Made by a program: the position numbers and the translations under genes. A DNA stretch of 64,000 nt from Macrostomum lignano (Eukaryota): NCBI GenBank assembly GCA_002269645.1, contig NIVC01001493.1, positions 186,001 to 250,000 on the forward strand. Direction: 5' to 3'. Below the pieces are notes generated by a model. That model saw only the letters and a program-made list of their open reading frames with translations. It was not told the DNA's origin and searched no databases. Below are positions 60,897 through 64,000 of this stretch, in pieces; the first letter of the stretch is position 1, and each line of letters opens with the position of its first letter.

Positions 60897-61185
60897 CATG
60901 CGCAACAGTCGGCCGAGTCGGCCGATCCGGCCGACCGATTTGGCGACCAACCAAGGAAGTCGCAAAAATGCCCACTCAAAAAACACCCTAGTAGTAGTAC
61001 TAAGTAGCTGACGAAGCATTTTGGCTTAATAAGAGAGTCATAGTTACTCCTGCCGTTTACCCAAACTTGCGTTAATTTTGCTTTACGGTTTTTTTACATG
61101 CAAGTCGCATTTTTGGCCAAAAACTACGTCGCATTTTTGTTAAAACTAAGTCGCACGGCCGACCGAATTTTGGAGGTTGCGCATG
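60897..61185 (-). mobile_element. 28S-rRNA-fragment MITE, copy D (best preserved, 289 bp; rRNA-like segment 60999-61062)
   Basis: Perfect 10-bp TIR CATGCGCAAC...GTTGCGCATG with TA on both sides. Confidence 0.88.
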
Positions 61186-61664
61186 TATGTATGTATTCCA
61201 TGTACTTTGCAAGTCCTTGGGTGTTACCGAGATCAGAGGGTCATAGCCTCCACTTATTCTTACATATATCACTTCAGATCTGCTTTGTATTCTCTCACTA
61301 CTTAATACTGCTGCTTCTCAATAGTATGTACTGTATACACTTTAGTCTATTTCACTCTTATTTTGTAAAAGGAATTAACACAGAAAACACTTCTTCAATT
61401 CTTATTTTCTTGGAACTCTTACTATTCGCTATCAATTACTTATTGCGGAACTGCAATGCGCGAGGTTGTCTTCTCATTTGCTGAAATTGCTTCTATTTAT
61501 ACTAAAATTTGCTACAGTTTTAAATAAAAATTCATTAGTGCAAAATATTATAGAAAATATGAGTATTAAAACAAAATACATTTCTTAGTTTTGGCATGAA
61601 TTCAAATTGACTAAATGGTGACTATTTTATAAAGAAATTGGCAGGGGCCCTGCACAATATTTAT

Positions 61665-62283
61665 AGTAACTAGTTGTTTCGCCCATAAACCGTTTTGGCC
61701 ATGGACATTTTGCCCCCAGATCATTTCGCCCATAGACCATTTTGGTCATGGACTGTTTCGCCTCCAATTCGGACCAGGGTTGAAATGAACAAAGTCATGA
61801 GCTGAGAGTATGCGAGATGAGACAAAAGTACCAAAGAGCACTGACAACCAACAATACAATTTATTATTGCTTCTTCCTTGCTTCTGTTGCATAACCAAAG
61901 CCAAAGATTGAAATGACTTACATGTACAGCAGTTTTTTACTTTACTTTACCCTTTCTCACCCTCTGTACAAATTGGCTATAATTATCACACTTTTAAAAG
62001 GAATGATTTTAAAAAACTCGTAATAATTCATAATCGTAATAAACAAAATTACGATAATGCAATAACACAATTGTTGTGGCAACAATTCAGATCATATTTT
62101 ATTACAAATTAAAACTAAAAATAAGCTTTGAAAAAAAATAACAATGTATGTATGGCTACCATTGTGGCCAAAATGCCAATTGTCGAACTGGTCTATGTAT
62201 ATGCAAAACTGACAATGGGCAAAATGGTCTGGGGGCAAAATGTCCATGACCAAAACGGTTTGGGGGTGAAACAACCGGAATTC
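61665..62283. mobile_element. Older foldback-type element with ~90-bp inverted arms of ~15-bp subrepeats
   Basis: GTTGTTTC.CCC..AAACCGTTTTGG.CATGGACATTTTGCCCCCAGA at ~61673 has its reverse complement at ~62225-62275. Flanking ATATTTAT at 61657-61664 and 62284-62291. Confidence 0.6.
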
Positions 62284-63626
62284 ATATTTATTCCTTAGGC
62301 TTAAAGGTCTAAAACATACATTTTACATACATTGGTTAGGGAAAATAGACAAGGGGGATTTGATTTGAATACTTGCAATACACTTAACCAAGATAGTCAC
62401 AACTGTTTATTGCAGCTTTTTGGTTTGACAATTGTATACTTTTTTTATTGTTTGATATTTTTATATTTATATAAACATATTATTTTTATAAATAAATTTA
62501 TATTATTTTTAGTTTTATATTTATTTGATAAGTATATTATATTTTTGATATTGTTTCTTGTTGTTGACAATAGAATTAATATAATATAAATCATATATAC
62601 ACAAAACCCAGCTAATCTGGTTAGGTAAAAAGGCTTCTAAGGCAAGTACATTTCAAAACAACTTATTATGCTACTTATGCTATTGCTATTTTTTTCTATT
62701 AGATTTTCATCTTGTTTAAAACCAAAGCTATCATTTTAATAATAAGTTATATTTAAAGCTAAGTACTATAGGCATAGTCCAGGTCATGTTGAGTGCATGC
62801 CAGAATGCTCTGAGCGAATGCACGCCAGTGCCAAGCAACTGCGCATCAAACTAATATATTATACTTATACATAACTTTTTACATTTAAAAATGCATTTCA
62901 AAAAATAGTCTTCAATGCGTTTTAAAACTTTTGTAGCATGCAAATATACACTGTTTATTTTTGGTACATTAAAATTTGCTTGTCATTTTGTAATAAAAAA
63001 TAAATATAAATTCTTGCCTTTACAAGACCATGTCTTTTTATGAATTTTTGTCTCAACAAAACATACCCCAGTATTACTCCAGGCCATATTCTAGGCTAGC
63101 TATTCCATGTCATAGTATGCTAGCATGTCACTTTTGGTATACAATACCTAAATACATGCCAATATATGCCACAATTTTTAGGCCAAACAAAATACATGCC
63201 AGAATTTTCTAGTATGATATATGCTTTCTAGAATATAGGCTGAATGGATCAATTGATTGATTGACTAGCTAGGTTAATACATATTTTATCCTAGATGGCT
63301 GGCAACTCAAATGCAAGACTTATATCAATATATATATAAATCACAGATACTATAAACACTAGATAGGCCACTCCAGCTAATTTTCACAACACGACAGTTT
63401 ACTCTACTTTCTGCTTAGTAGTAGTAAAAACATTTTAGCGTTATTTATATTTTTTTAAAATAAAAAAAACAGATGAATGCAATGCAGCAATTGTATTGAT
63501 TTTTTGCAAAAAGAAACTTATAATTATACTTTCCACAATTCAAAGCAACATTGTGAATGCTTTAGATTGCATAGAAGGCTATATTATTGCAGTCTACTAT
63601 TGTATATTTAGCAAATACGAGCTATA

Positions 63627-64000
63627 TCATATACTCCATAATCCATATTCGTGTAGCAAAATAGAAAGATTTCTCATCTTAATCAGCTCATCTGTTTGTG
63701 AAACTCGCAGCGTGCTGTCGAAGAACAGGGTCGCCAGTCGCCCTTGTTCAGAGGCAGCATTCAGAACGGCCCAACAGATGAAAAAAACTGGCGAATGCGC
63801 CACTTCAAGGTCCAGGGATGTATCCGATGGAGAGCCAATCCTCAGTGGTTTCGTAACAGGCAGCCGATAAGCAGCAGGACCTTTGTGGTGCAGCTGCAAT
63901 GAGCTGCTGATGAGATGACATCCTTTGACCAGAGCACCCCTGACTGCGAGCGCCCTGCCGCCCAGTCGACCGCTGGAAGCTGCGCTAGCCACGCCTCCAC
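63627..64000 (-). CDS. Possible coding exon running off the right edge; product unknown
   Basis: GC-rich island in AT-rich DNA; the frame is open from the window edge to 63627. No recognisable motif. Confidence 0.35.
   Translation of the reverse strand, partial: GGVASAASSGRLGGRALAVRGALVKGCHLISSSLQLHHKGPAAYRLPVTKPLRIGSPSDTSLDLEVAHSPVFFICWAVLNAASEQGRLATLFFDSTLRVSQTDELIKMRNLSILLHEYGLWSI

Overview
Eukaryotic genomic DNA with spliced, GC3-rich exons, introns packed with tandem repeats, and an AT-rich, transposon-dense final 12 kb. The style fits a free-living flatworm such as Macrostomum lignano (inference only). Genes on the + strand: the last four exons of BMS1, two tandem universal stress protein (USP) genes, a Maf-type bZIP exon, an HSD17B10-like short-chain dehydrogenase and a THIK-type (KCNK12/13) two-pore K+ channel. 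Genes on the - strand: an intronless helical protein with a central hydrophobic Gly/Ala hairpin (ApoL or ClyA-like architecture), GOSR1, and a possible exon at the right edge. Mobile DNA: a 5.9-kb near-intact LOA/R1-type LINE (APE-RT-RNase H-CCHC) inserted with an 11-bp target-site duplication (TSD) into a BMS1 intronic minisatellite; two Mutator/foldback-type elements with 9-bp TSDs; and a promoter/LTR-like repeat. The most unusual signal is four copies of a ~290-bp MITE-like element, each carrying a collinear piece of 28S rRNA (helix 69-71, the R2/Pokey/I-PpoI target region) with the cleavage core altered. Most long ORFs in the supplied track are translations of tandem repeats. All alignments were done by eye; no searches were run.
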